Source: Promethearchaeota archaeon (GTDB taxonomy: Archaea; Asgardarchaeota; Lokiarchaeia; Sigyniarchaeales; SOKP01). From it: a stretch of DNA of 64,000 nucleotides. Location: assembly GCA_048940925.1 (NCBI GenBank), contig JBHLOC010000009.1, forward strand, positions 1 to 64,000, given 5' to 3'. The notes beneath the pieces are model-generated. The model had not been told where the DNA came from. It saw only the letters and a list, made by a program, of their open reading frames with translations, and ran no database searches. The position numbers and the translations under genes are program-made. Shown here piece after piece: positions 9,214 through 19,634 of this stretch; the first letter of the stretch is position 1, and each line of letters begins with the position of its first letter.

Positions 9214-11040
9214 ATGTATATTGACAAAGTGCAAAAAGGTTGGCAAGAGTTAGATTCTGAGATAATAAAGGCGGGTAAATGTGTATATTGTGGAGCTTGT
9301 GGGGCATTTTGTGCAAATATTAAATTTGATTTTGAAAAAGAAATACCAATTGAAGATGGATCTTGTAAAGATGTGAATTCATGCCGAGATGGTTTTGGTT
9401 TATGTTATAATATTTGCCCTAAAACAGGAATCGATCAAATTCCTTTATCATTATTGGATAAATGGGTGTTTGGAAAAGAGTATAACAAAATATTAGGACA
9501 TTACATAGATATTGTATCAGTTCGACTTTCAAGCAAGGCTAAAGAATTATTACCTATAGAAGCAGGTCCAATAACAGCTCTTTTGACTATAGCAATGGAT
9601 GCTGGTTTAATTGATTGTTCGATAGTTACTACTAAAGATGAAAATTTTAGACCATTTCCTATAATAGCAACTAATAATAATGAATTATTTAAGAGTATAG
9701 GATATAAACCTAGCCAAAGTCCAACACTTTCTTTAGTTGGAGATGCTATAAATAAAGAGTATACTGATATTGCTATAGTTGGAACACCTTGTCAAATTCA
9801 AGCACTAAGGAAAATGCAGAATCATCCTCGATTTGATTTTGAAGTATTTGATCTAGTTACTCTTGCTATTGGAACATTCTGTTTTGGAACTTATTATAAT
9901 CAGTTGTTATCTGAATGTTTTAAGAAATACAAGGTGAAGTTGAATGAGATCTCCAAAATTAGCACTGATAAAGACCAATTTAAAATGAAAATTATCGCAA
10001 ATAACAATCTTAAAGAAATTCCACTCAATTTTATTTATGATAACGCGATAAGAAATGCTTGTTTTTCATGTTCAGATTATACAGCATCCTTTGCAGATAT
10101 TTCTGTTGGAAATGTAGGTAGCGAAGAAGGATGGAGGACATTTATAATCAGAACAGAAAAAGGTAAAAAAATCTATGAGTTGGCACTTAAGAAGGGAATT
10201 CTAGAGCAAAAGAAATTAACAAAAGATAATGAAGAATTAGTACTAGATATTACTCGATATAAAACTGATATAGTTAAAATCGAATCAATAGTTAACTATT
10301 CCCCTGAGATTAAAAGTTTTATTATTAGAAGCGAAAGAATCGCTAAGAGTTATAGACCTGGAATGTTCATCATTCTATGGCTTCCAGATATAGATTTCTT
10401 ACCTATGTCTATATCAGATATAAAAGGGAGTTTAATTGAGATAACAGTCCAAAAAATTGGAGAGGGAACAGCTAAGTTATTTGACTTGAAAGAAGGAGAC
10501 ACTATAGGAATCAGAGGACCTTTTGGAAACACTTGGAATTATGAAGATGCCTTTAATATACTTATAGTTGGTGGGGGCATGGGAATAGCAGGGTTGACTT
10601 CATTAATAGAACCTTTAAAGAAAAATAAAAAGAATGTTATTGTCACTATTGGTGCTAAAGATGAATCTTCTTTAATTTTTGCTGATCGATTAATAGACAT
10701 GATTCCAAGTACCATTTGTTCAACTGATGATGGATCAGTAGGTAAAAAATGTTATGTTACTGAGACACTTGAAGAAATTCTTGAAAGCAATAATATCGAT
10801 TTAATTATTACATGTGGTCCTGAAATAATGATGAAAAAAATACTAGACATAGCTGAATCCAAAAATATTGAAATACAGGCATCCTTAGAAAGGAAAATGA
10901 AATGTGGTCTTGGATTGTGTGGCTCTTGTTGTGTAGGATCAATTAATGATATTAGTGTATGTAAGGATGGACCAATATTTGATTTAAAAACTTTAAAGTC
11001 AATTCCTCAATTTGGCACATATAAAAAGAATTTTAAATAA
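9214..11040 (+). CDS. Fusion: FrhB/FpoF-like F420-binding Fe-S flavoprotein + PyrK/NfnA-like FAD/NAD(P)/[2Fe-2S] electron transfer subunit
   Basis: N-terminal CVYCGACGAFC...GLCYNICP, GTPCQ, FCFG, CFSCSD...DISVG (FrhB); C-terminal PMSI, GPFG, GGGMG, CGPEIM, MKCGLGLCGSC...CKDGP (PyrK). Confidence 0.85.
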   Translation: MYIDKVQKGWQELDSEIIKAGKCVYCGACGAFCANIKFDFEKEIPIEDGSCKDVNSCRDGFGLCYNICPKTGIDQIPLSLLDKWVFGKEYNKILGHYIDIVSVRLSSKAKELLPIEAGPITALLTIAMDAGLIDCSIVTTKDENFRPFPIIATNNNELFKSIGYKPSQSPTLSLVGDAINKEYTDIAIVGTPCQIQALRKMQNHPRFDFEVFDLVTLAIGTFCFGTYYNQLLSECFKKYKVKLNEISKISTDKDQFKMKIIANNNLKEIPLNFIYDNAIRNACFSCSDYTASFADISVGNVGSEEGWRTFIIRTEKGKKIYELALKKGILEQKKLTKDNEELVLDITRYKTDIVKIESIVNYSPEIKSFIIRSERIAKSYRPGMFIILWLPDIDFLPMSISDIKGSLIEITVQKIGEGTAKLFDLKEGDTIGIRGPFGNTWNYEDAFNILIVGGGMGIAGLTSLIEPLKKNKKNVIVTIGAKDESSLIFADRLIDMIPSTICSTDDGSVGKKCYVTETLEEILESNNIDLIITCGPEIMMKKILDIAESKNIEIQASLERKMKCGLGLCGSCCVGSINDISVCKDGPIFDLKTLKSIPQFGTYKKNFK

Positions 11041-11099
11041 TTAATTCCTATTTTTCTGAGATTAAGAGTAAGATTTGAGCAATAATAGAGATTTTAGAT

Positions 11100-11474
11100 A
11101 TGAAATATTGCATAAATTGTGGAGAAAAAATTGAAGTTGATGCGGATTTCTGTACCAAATGTGGTCATAAACAACCTAACTTGGGAATAATATTAGCCCA
11201 AGATCCGCATTCACAATTTACTGAACAAGAACAAGTAGGAAAGAAAAAAAAGAAATATTCCAAGGAAGAAATAATTGATGCTATAGGTTGTATTATTATT
11301 ATTGCTGGAATTGTTGTTTTGATTTTTCTTTATGCTTTTTTTAAGGAATGGATTGCCTTTTTATGGCCTATTATCCTAGCTATTATAGTGATTAGCTGTG
11401 TTATTAGATTATTAGGGGCAGGAATTGTTGAATTAATCCAAAGAAGGAAAGATAGGAAACATAGCCAAAAATAG
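11100..11474 (+). CDS. Zinc-ribbon membrane protein
   Basis: CINCG...CTKCG followed by two hydrophobic helices. Confidence 0.75.
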   Translation: MKYCINCGEKIEVDADFCTKCGHKQPNLGIILAQDPHSQFTEQEQVGKKKKKYSKEEIIDAIGCIIIIAGIVVLIFLYAFFKEWIAFLWPIILAIIVISCVIRLLGAGIVELIQRRKDRKHSQK

Positions 11475-11547
11475 GTTTAAAGAAGAAAAATTTGAAGGAA
11501 TAAATTTCATAATATTGATTCGGTATTTGCTTACTCAAATATTTACC

Positions 11548-13149
11548 TCATTCTCTTTTACTCAAACTTTTTACACCGAAATATAATAATGGAATAGCTA
11601 TTGAGAGAGAAACTAGCAAAAGAGGTGTTAAGTATAGAAATTTGGCTATTATAGGTGTTGAAGGTCTCGGAAAAAGCAGTATTATAAGAATAAAGATAGA
11701 TTGGAAAGGAACCATTTGAAGAACCATAAGCATAAGAATATTTGTGGTCATAATTCGACCTTTTTCTTCAAATGAGGGGTTAAAACATTGAATCCCAATA
11801 GATTGAGAAATTACAATCTCACAATTCAATACAAAAAAACAAAAGAAAAAAAGTGTAGTAAAAAAATCAAACTTCATAAATAAAGCAAAAAAAAAAGTTA
11901 AGCCTATAGTTATAAGGATATTAAAAATAAGCATAGATATCAAATATGAATAAACAAGTGCTGAAATATTTCGTGGTGATCTTTTATATACCCATAATAA
12001 GTCTTTATTCCCCACAAAAATGTAGCTTCCAAAAAGCATTCCATAAAGCATACCACCTATATAAATCAAAATTACTACTATTAATGATTCACCAATAAAT
12101 CCTATTTCTGTACCAAACGTTAATGGAAATAATACACCCAATATTCCTACTATACTCGTTGTATATACTATTTTCATAATATTCTCCCTTCTCCTTAAAA
12201 ATTCTTTCAGCTGAGCATTTATTAACCCTTCCCATTTATGACCAGATAATTTTCGAATAATTAGGTAGAATTTGTTTTCTTTCTCTATAACAGAAGTAAT
12301 TCTTTCTATCCCTCCCTCAACAGTGAAAAAGTTCTCCGCTTTTTTAAAAGAAAGGTACAATATTCCTAAAGGCACTATAATACATAAAGAAATACTCCAC
12401 CAAATGTCTAAAATATAACCACTTATTAAGATCGGATCAATGACGTACAATATGATATTGGTAAACCATAGAGAGGGGTAAAACATCACCCAGTTTCTTA
12501 ACTTAGGATTGTCCATTAAAAACTTAAAAAGAAATTGTAGGGAATAAACCATCACAACCATAATAATTGCAAGAATAAATAGTATAACTTTACCCCAATC
12601 TCTTGCTCTTTCGCTTTTAGCTATTTTATGTTCTATCCATGATGCTAAAATTGAACCTAATAAAGTAGCAAACATGATAAGTATTGTTATGCATACATAT
12701 ATCACGATATATTGAATAAAATTTAAATTAATAATTGGATTAAGCATTCCAATAATTATTGGCGCTATAAGTAAAACCCCCAAAAAATATATAGGAACTT
12801 TGCCAATAAATTCACCAATGAAGATATCCCCTGGGGTTGCTGGGGAAGCTAATATAATTTCTTTAAATCCAATCTCAGTCTTTCTATATATACTATTTAA
12901 TGGATAAATAACTATGGTCAGGAAGACAGCCATCATTCCATATTCAATAATAAGAGCTACAGCAAATAAAATATCAGGATTTTGGGCTGCTACTGTTGGC
13001 ATGAATAAATCAAATAGCAGGGGGGCAAGAAGAAATGCCCATAGTATAAAAAATGAATATAAAAGGATAAAAAATAATATTCTATGGTTTCGAAATCGGT
13101 TTGTTCTGAGTCTAAGCTCATTCTTGGCTATTATTTTCCATAGAGACAT
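11548..13149 (-). CDS. Putative ABC-2 exporter permease (paralogue of 13368..14996)
   Basis: Multi-TM with two repeated halves; downstream of ABC ATPase. Confidence 0.75.
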   Translation of the reverse strand: MSLWKIIAKNELRLRTNRFRNHRILFFILLYSFFILWAFLLAPLLFDLFMPTVAAQNPDILFAVALIIEYGMMAVFLTIVIYPLNSIYRKTEIGFKEIILASPATPGDIFIGEFIGKVPIYFLGVLLIAPIIIGMLNPIINLNFIQYIVIYVCITILIMFATLLGSILASWIEHKIAKSERARDWGKVILFILAIIMVVMVYSLQFLFKFLMDNPKLRNWVMFYPSLWFTNIILYVIDPILISGYILDIWWSISLCIIVPLGILYLSFKKAENFFTVEGGIERITSVIEKENKFYLIIRKLSGHKWEGLINAQLKEFLRRRENIMKIVYTTSIVGILGVLFPLTFGTEIGFIGESLIVVILIYIGGMLYGMLFGSYIFVGNKDLLWVYKRSPRNISALVYSYLISMLIFNILITIGLTFFFALFMKFDFFTTLFFFCFFVLNCEIVISQSIGIQCFNPSFEEKGRIMTTNILMLMVLQMVPFQSIFILIILLFPRPSTPIIAKFLYLTPLLLVSLSIAIPLLYFGVKSLSKRE

Positions 13150-13367
13150 TTTTAATTTTGATTTTTTTTTTTTAATATTTAAGAATTTTTTTTATCTATT
13201 TTCTCAAGTTTTTTAATATGATATTATTCTGATTTTATTAGATCACTGGTTATGATTTTTTTGGAACTGTTTGGCATCAATATTATTCATGATATATAAT
13301 TTAATTTAATCTTTATGAAGTTAAAAAAAATAATTATTAAAATAATCAAGATTAAAAAAGTTATTTC

Positions 13368-14996
13368 TTATTCAATTCTTTTAAGTCTTTTAAACCCGAA
13401 AATAAATATTGGAATAGTCACTATCGCTTGGATCCCTAAAAAGATTGCCAATAGCAAATTAACTAATATTTCTGAAGTCGGGAGTATTGTAATAATTTCA
13501 ATTATTAGGAATATAAAAACAATTAACTGCCCTAATTGGACTGCTATTGTCATAAAAATATTTCCACCCATATTTTTTCCTTTTTCTTCAAATGCAGGAC
13601 GAAAGCATTGCACTCCAACAGTTAATGTGATTGCTAGAATACCAGATAAGAAAAAAGAGACAAATGACACTATACTATCTATGATTTCAAATTCTAGAAA
13701 GATACTAAAAACGATTGTGAATCCTATATCCATCAGAATTATTAATATAATCATTGAAAACAAATAAGAATATACAAGCCCATTGATATGCCTAGGAGAT
13801 TTTTTATACACCCAAAGTAAATCTTTAGAACCTACAAAGATATAATTCCCGAGTATAATACTCAACATGAATCCACCCATAAAGATTCTCATCAGAGTAG
13901 TGATTGCTTTGGTTATAAGTTGACCAGTTACGTCTTCAATATCAGGCATGAGCAAGGGATAAACAAGACTGAAAAAAGATATAATTCCTATAACATAGAT
14001 AAATTTCATGATATTTTCTTTTTTCCGAAAAAATTCTTTAAATTGCACAATGACCAACCCTTCCCATTTATTCCCAATAAACTTTCTAAAGAAACCATAG
14101 AATTTACTTTCTCCTTCAATAATTGTAGAGGCAGATACTTTCTCAATACCTCCTTCTAGACTATAAAATGAATCGGCTTTTTTATATGAAAGATAAAAAA
14201 TAAATAGTGGTACGGTGATTACCAATCCGAGACTTATCCAAATATTAAGTATATAAGAATCTAAAAGCGATGGATCTAATATGTAAAGAATTATGTTTGA
14301 AAACCACTGTGCAGGATAAAAAGATAACCAATTTCTAAGTTCTGGATTGTCCATTAAATACTTAAAGAGGTATTGTAGGCTATAAATAAGAGCTACCATT
14401 CCCACGGACATTATGATGAGTAGTGCCTTAGCAAGATCTCGGTACTTTTCTGAATCTGCAATTTTATGTTCAATCCAAGAAGATAATATTGAACCAATCA
14501 GTAGAGCAAATATACACATTCCGAATATATCGATATAAATGACAAGAGTTTGTAAAAAATTTAGATTTATAAGGGGATTTATGAGTCCCACTACGGCAGG
14601 AGTAAGACCTAACACATACAACAACATAAATGGTAATTTCCCTATAAATTCACCAAGAAAAATATCTCCAGGGGTTATAGGAGCCGCCAAAATCATCTCT
14701 TTATGTCCAATCTCTGATCTTCTATAAATAAAATTCAATGGATATAATATTAAAATTAAAAAGAATATCATTAATATGTATTCGATTATTAGAGCAACCG
14801 CAGGTATTATATATGGTTGAATAGTCTCACTTTCAGCCAATGTTGGCATGAAAGAATCAAATATTAATGGTGCTAAAAAGAATCCCCATATTAACAATCC
14901 TATATAAAGAATTGCAAAAAATAGGAGACGTTTTCCTCGAAATTTACTTGTTCTCCTTTTAAGTTCAGTTTTTGCAATTACGTTCCATAATCCCAT
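13368..14996 (-). CDS. Putative ABC-2 exporter permease
   Basis: Multi-TM; shares blocks such as PGDIF.GEFIGK, SWIEHKIA, KDLLWVYK.SPR with its neighbour. Confidence 0.75.
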   Translation of the reverse strand: MGLWNVIAKTELKRRTSKFRGKRLLFFAILYIGLLIWGFFLAPLIFDSFMPTLAESETIQPYIIPAVALIIEYILMIFFLILILYPLNFIYRRSEIGHKEMILAAPITPGDIFLGEFIGKLPFMLLYVLGLTPAVVGLINPLINLNFLQTLVIYIDIFGMCIFALLIGSILSSWIEHKIADSEKYRDLAKALLIIMSVGMVALIYSLQYLFKYLMDNPELRNWLSFYPAQWFSNIILYILDPSLLDSYILNIWISLGLVITVPLFIFYLSYKKADSFYSLEGGIEKVSASTIIEGESKFYGFFRKFIGNKWEGLVIVQFKEFFRKKENIMKFIYVIGIISFFSLVYPLLMPDIEDVTGQLITKAITTLMRIFMGGFMLSIILGNYIFVGSKDLLWVYKKSPRHINGLVYSYLFSMIILIILMDIGFTIVFSIFLEFEIIDSIVSFVSFFLSGILAITLTVGVQCFRPAFEEKGKNMGGNIFMTIAVQLGQLIVFIFLIIEIITILPTSEILVNLLLAIFLGIQAIVTIPIFIFGFKRLKRIE

Positions 14997-15018
14997 TTTA
15001 AATAACGCTTTTTTTATC

Positions 15019-15834
15019 TTATTTTTTCTTCTTTTTCTTTTTAGAACTTTGGTTATTCACAATGCTCTCTTCCCTCCATGCAAGTAAATCATCAATATGA
15101 CTAACACCCATTATTTTAAGATACGCTTCTTCTAGATCTTTTGCATTTACAGAGTCAATTATTTCTTTTGGACTCCCCTCAACCTTAAGAATTCCTTTGT
15201 CAATTATTCCAATTAAATCGCATAACTCTTCAGCAGCATCTAATAGATGCGTACAGATAAAAATAGTCTTTTCTGCTTTTTTCGCTAGTTCAGAGATTAG
15301 ATCCTTAACCATTCTCGCAGCAGCAGGATCTAAATTAGAGGTGGGCTCATCTAAGAAAATTATTTTTGGATCTTGAATTATGGCTGCGCACAAACAGACT
15401 TTTTGTTTCATTCCTCTGGAATATCCTTCTAAAAGGTCATTTTCTCGTCCTTCAAGATCAAAAATTTCGAGTAACTCATCTATTCTTGATGATATTAACT
15501 CTTTTGGTAAATAATATAATTCTCCTATAAACTCTAAAAACTCTCGAGCTGTTAGTTTTTGATATAATCCAGGTGATTCAGGTAAAAATCCAGAGTTAAT
15601 TTTCACATCTGTACTTTGAGTTGTAATATCGAAGCCTACTACTTGAGCACTACCTGAAGTGGGTGTTATAATTGAGTTTAACATCCTTACAGTTGTAGTT
15701 TTACCTGCACCATTAGGTCCTAATAAGCCATATGTTTTGCCATAGGGAATTTTCAAGTTTAGATTTTTTACTGCAATTAAATCCCCAAAATTTTTTGTGA
15801 GATTTTTTGTAACAATTGCATAATTTTCAGAAAT
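15019..15834 (-). CDS. ABC transporter ATP-binding protein (ABC-2 type), probable ATT start
   Basis: GPNGAGKTT, YSRGMKQ, LDEPT, H-loop. The frame stays open to ATT at 15834, adding ISENYAIVTKNLTKNFGDLIAVKNLN, the normal ABC N-terminus. Confidence 0.9.
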   Translation of the reverse strand: MSENYAIVTKNLTKNFGDLIAVKNLNLKIPYGKTYGLLGPNGAGKTTTVRMLNSIITPTSGSAQVVGFDITTQSTDVKINSGFLPESPGLYQKLTAREFLEFIGELYYLPKELISSRIDELLEIFDLEGRENDLLEGYSRGMKQKVCLCAAIIQDPKIIFLDEPTSNLDPAAARMVKDLISELAKKAEKTIFICTHLLDAAEELCDLIGIIDKGILKVEGSPKEIIDSVNAKDLEEAYLKIMGVSHIDDLLAWREESIVNNQSSKKKKKKK

Positions 15835-16023
15835 ATTGATTCACATCATTTTATAGTTTATTAATCTTTACTAAAATTTTCTTAGATTAATAAGTTTTTC
15901 TTGAGAACTAAGATATTTTTGCTAATACCATATTAGTCCAATTATCTCGATATATTAAGAGCTCTTAAAGAATTAATTAAAAATGTTAAACTTAATATTA
16001 GTCAGATATAAATTTCAATCAAG

Positions 16024-16866
16024 CTACTGTTTAGGTATCTCAGATGAACAAGAAACTCCAACTTGACATAATCCACATGCATATATATTAATGCCATATT
16101 TTTCATTAATATAGGGAATAGTACTTATAACATGTTCAGAACATTTATGTTTATTATGACCCTCTTCAAAGGTAATAGCATTAACCGGACAATTCTTAAT
16201 ACAATCTCCACATTTGGTGCAAAATTTATAGGGATCCGAAGGTCGTTTGGAAGCATCAGAAGGCAGATTCAAATCTACGATAATGCTTCCACATCTCATT
16301 GCTTTACCTCGGGGATTTATAAAACCATCTGACAATCCAAAAGATCCTAGTCCTGTCGCATACAACATATGTCTATGGCTCCAAGTTGAAGCCCAAATAT
16401 TACGATTGACTTTGTACATATAATTTTCTAACATTGGAGCAATTGCTCTTACTCCTTTTTTCTTCAATTCATTTATTAAATATTTCTGTAACTTTTGGTT
16501 TGCCTGTTCTCCATATAATCTAGTATGAGCCCATCTTTCAGAAGGCATTTCATTAGAATATTCAAAATTTTCTTTTTTAGTATCCTCATTGATGGGGAGA
16601 ACATAAGCAACAACTGATAAATCTTTAAATGTACTTTCAAGACTATTTCGTTTGCAATAAATTTTAAAAGCTTCAATAGGAGTGAGATGAAATTCTCCAA
16701 TTATCTCTTTATACTTCTCAAAGATTGGATCGTTTGCTGAAACAAACCCTACTATTGTATTCGCATTAAAAATAAGAGAACCATCACCAATACTCATTAT
16801 ATTACTATCATCAATCAACAAGAAACTATTTATTTTTTGTACAAACCATTCTTTATTTATTACCAT
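16024..16866 (-). CDS. QueG/reductive-dehalogenase-like cobalamin-Fe-S protein
   Basis: WSHRH..YATGLGSFG, CTKCGDCIKNCP, C...CGLCQ...C. Confidence 0.75.
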   Translation of the reverse strand: MVINKEWFVQKINSFLLIDDSNIMSIGDGSLIFNANTIVGFVSANDPIFEKYKEIIGEFHLTPIEAFKIYCKRNSLESTFKDLSVVAYVLPINEDTKKENFEYSNEMPSERWAHTRLYGEQANQKLQKYLINELKKKGVRAIAPMLENYMYKVNRNIWASTWSHRHMLYATGLGSFGLSDGFINPRGKAMRCGSIIVDLNLPSDASKRPSDPYKFCTKCGDCIKNCPVNAITFEEGHNKHKCSEHVISTIPYINEKYGINIYACGLCQVGVSCSSEIPKQ

Positions 16867-16995
16867 CTCAGAAATACCTTATTTTGAATATAATTGTTGT
16901 ATCTTATTCTATTAGTATGGTTTTAATTTATTTAATAGAGTTGTTAAAATCATAAGTAGTAAAAGTGATTTTCTTTTCTCTAATTTATTTTTATT

Positions 16996-18027
16996 TTAAG
17001 TATATCTAATCCTTGGATCTAATATTGCGTAGATTACATCTGTAAATAAATTAGCTATTACAAATATGATAGTAAAAAGAAAGACTAAAGCACTTAGAAC
17101 CCAGTAATCGGAAAGTATTAATGCATCAACAAATAACTTCCCCATTCCATTTAATCCAAAAGTAGTTTCTGTTAGAACTGCTCCGCCTAATAAACCTGCT
17201 GTATTCATTCCAATAATTGTAACTGTAGGAATTAAAGCATTTCGTAAAGCATGAGAATGTGTCACTTTTTTCTCTAAACAACCTTTAGCTCTTGCTGTTC
17301 TAATAAAATCTTGTTCAAGTACTTCCAACATACTAGAACGAGTTTGTCTTGTAATTGAGGCAAGCATTATAAAAGATAAACAAAATATTGGCAAACATAA
17401 ATGCCATATATAATCTACAATTAAATACCATTCACCTGATATAAATGAATCAATTATAGTAAACCCCGTAACATATGGAGGATCTTGGTTAGTAATGCTT
17501 AAATATCCAGTAGGTTCGAATATAGGAATCACATAACCAAGATAATACTGAAGTAGCATACCTAAGAAAAATACTGGCAGAGATACACCTATTAAAGCAA
17601 GACCTCTCACTATTGTGTCTGGAGTTTTATTTCTATGAATTGCTGATATGAGCCCTGCTCTAATTCCTAAAAATGTCGCTATTAACATAGAAATTAATGT
17701 AAGATCGATCGTTAAAGGCATTCTTTCCATAACGAGATCCCAAACAGGCTGATTTCGAGTAATGGAGACTGATACACCCCAATTACCGGTAAATAATTCA
17801 CCAAGATATCTAAAATATTGAATTAATATTGGATCACATAAACCAAGTTGACATCGCATCCTATGATATAATCCTTGAGCAGGATTATGTAGTCCAGCAG
17901 CAGCTAATCGAGCTGCCACAGGATCCCCAGGCATTAATCTATTGAGAATAAAGGTTAAGGTTAATACACCAAATAAGACAGGAATCATGACTATGATCCT
18001 TCTAATTATATATTTAATCAAACTCAT
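16996..18027 (-). CDS. dppB: Peptide/nickel ABC transporter permease (DppB/OppB)
   Basis: PGDP, RSSMLEVL..DFIRTARAKG, HALRNA, LDPRIR. Confidence 0.9.
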   Translation of the reverse strand: MSLIKYIIRRIIVMIPVLFGVLTLTFILNRLMPGDPVAARLAAAGLHNPAQGLYHRMRCQLGLCDPILIQYFRYLGELFTGNWGVSVSITRNQPVWDLVMERMPLTIDLTLISMLIATFLGIRAGLISAIHRNKTPDTIVRGLALIGVSLPVFFLGMLLQYYLGYVIPIFEPTGYLSITNQDPPYVTGFTIIDSFISGEWYLIVDYIWHLCLPIFCLSFIMLASITRQTRSSMLEVLEQDFIRTARAKGCLEKKVTHSHALRNALIPTVTIIGMNTAGLLGGAVLTETTFGLNGMGKLFVDALILSDYWVLSALVFLFTIIFVIANLFTDVIYAILDPRIRYT

Positions 18028-18504
18028 AACCTTAAAATCCTCCTAATCTCCTTTATATCTTCATGTCAATCTCTAAATCTTTAAATTTTATCCAAGTTGA
18101 GACGACTTAATTGTAATTTATTACTTCTGATAAATATATAAATCTGAGTAATGTTTAGTCAAACGAAAAATTTAATTTAAGTTTTATTTATTTAGATTTC
18201 TGATGGTTTTTCTTTCCCACTTTTCAAGATATTTTGACATATTAACTTCATTATCATCTAGCAATGATTAAAAAATGTATAACATCATTATAGCGGATTT
18301 ATTTATTCTACCTAATTATTATAGTATAAATAATTCTCTATATAAGATATTTAACTTCTTATAAAAAGAGAAATTAGTTTAAAATCCCTAATTTTAAAAG
18401 TGTAATTTTAACTAGTAGTATATGTTAAAAGGGAAAAATTAGAAATATGAAAGCTTTAAATTTTTGCTAAAGTTTTTTAATCCCTAAATTCCTTAATAAT
18501 TATC

Positions 18505-19467
18505 TTGGACCATAATACAAAAAAAGGATTAATTTTTGGAGCTATAGGGGTTTTTTTCGTAGGATTTCAGCCTATTGTTGCTATTGCTCGTCCAGAATCT
18601 CTTGATGCTTTCATTTTCGCAGCAATGACATGTTTGGTTGAAGCATCTATTTTCCTTCCTCTAATGTATATAGAGTTAAATGTAAGTAAATCAAAATTTA
18701 GAGAGAATGATTATAATAGCCAATTACCAGATATATCTATTTGGAATAATTGGAAAAAAAACTTAAGTCTTTTAATTTTTATTGGAATTATCTTTGCTCT
18801 TAATCAGCTTTTATTTTTTATAGGATATGGTTTAGCAGGTGCAGTAAATGGATCTCTAACTCAAAAAACAAGTATTTTTTTTGGGTTATTATTTGGTTAT
18901 ATAATTTTAAAAGAGAGATTTACTAGAATTCAAATCATTTTTTCATTAATTTTATTTTTAGGATTAATGATAGCTATTTCCGGAGGAACTTTCCTTTTTT
19001 CTTCTGAAACAAATATTGAGATAATTTTAGGGGTTTTAATTTTGTTATTTATTACATGCTTATGGATGTTTGGTCACACAATGACCAAACCATTGTTTAA
19101 AAGAGATGAAATTACTCCTATTCAAATGGTTTTCTTAAGAAATATTTTAAGTGGAGTAATCTTAATCACCATCTATTTTTTCTTTTTTCCTGTAGAAAAC
19201 TTTAAGCTGTTCCTTAATCCTATTAATGTATTCTTTTTTGTATTCATGGGAACGGTATACGGAATAGGTTTATTTAGCTGGTATAAAACTCTCTCATATC
19301 TTGAGGTCTCAAAAGCAACAATAGTATTATCCCCAACCCCTATTGTGAGTGCAATTTTTGCTACTCTAATTTTAGGAGAAGCCTTTACTCTTTTTCACTT
19401 AATTGGAACTATAATCATAATTATATCAATAATTATAATTGTTAATCAGAAAAGAGATGAAACTTGA
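18505..19467 (+). CDS. DMT/EamA family transporter
   Basis: About 10 TM in two repeats; ILKE and ILGE motifs. Confidence 0.8.
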   Translation: MDHNTKKGLIFGAIGVFFVGFQPIVAIARPESLDAFIFAAMTCLVEASIFLPLMYIELNVSKSKFRENDYNSQLPDISIWNNWKKNLSLLIFIGIIFALNQLLFFIGYGLAGAVNGSLTQKTSIFFGLLFGYIILKERFTRIQIIFSLILFLGLMIAISGGTFLFSSETNIEIILGVLILLFITCLWMFGHTMTKPLFKRDEITPIQMVFLRNILSGVILITIYFFFFPVENFKLFLNPINVFFFVFMGTVYGIGLFSWYKTLSYLEVSKATIVLSPTPIVSAIFATLILGEAFTLFHLIGTIIIIISIIIIVNQKRDET

Positions 19468-19634
19468 ATGAAGTTCTATGATCTAAAAAATAAAGTATAT
19501 ATATCTATATATATTGAAGAAACATGGGATATTAGTAATAGAACAATTTCTTTTAATACTAAACATAAATTAAAAACATTTAAATATTTTATTATATGTA
19601 AAAATATAAATAAATATATACAAATTGATTTAAA

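Noticed and set aside
12914-14727. Plus-strand ORFs 12914, 13315, 13920, 14539 (and similar short antisense ORFs throughout the track)
   Set aside because: Shadows of hydrophobic or well-supported genes on the opposite strand; no motifs
18184-18264. 26-codon minus-strand frame (LLDDNEVNMSKYLEKWERKTIRNLNK) upstream of dppB as a pseudogene remnant
   Set aside because: No recognisable homology; could be chance
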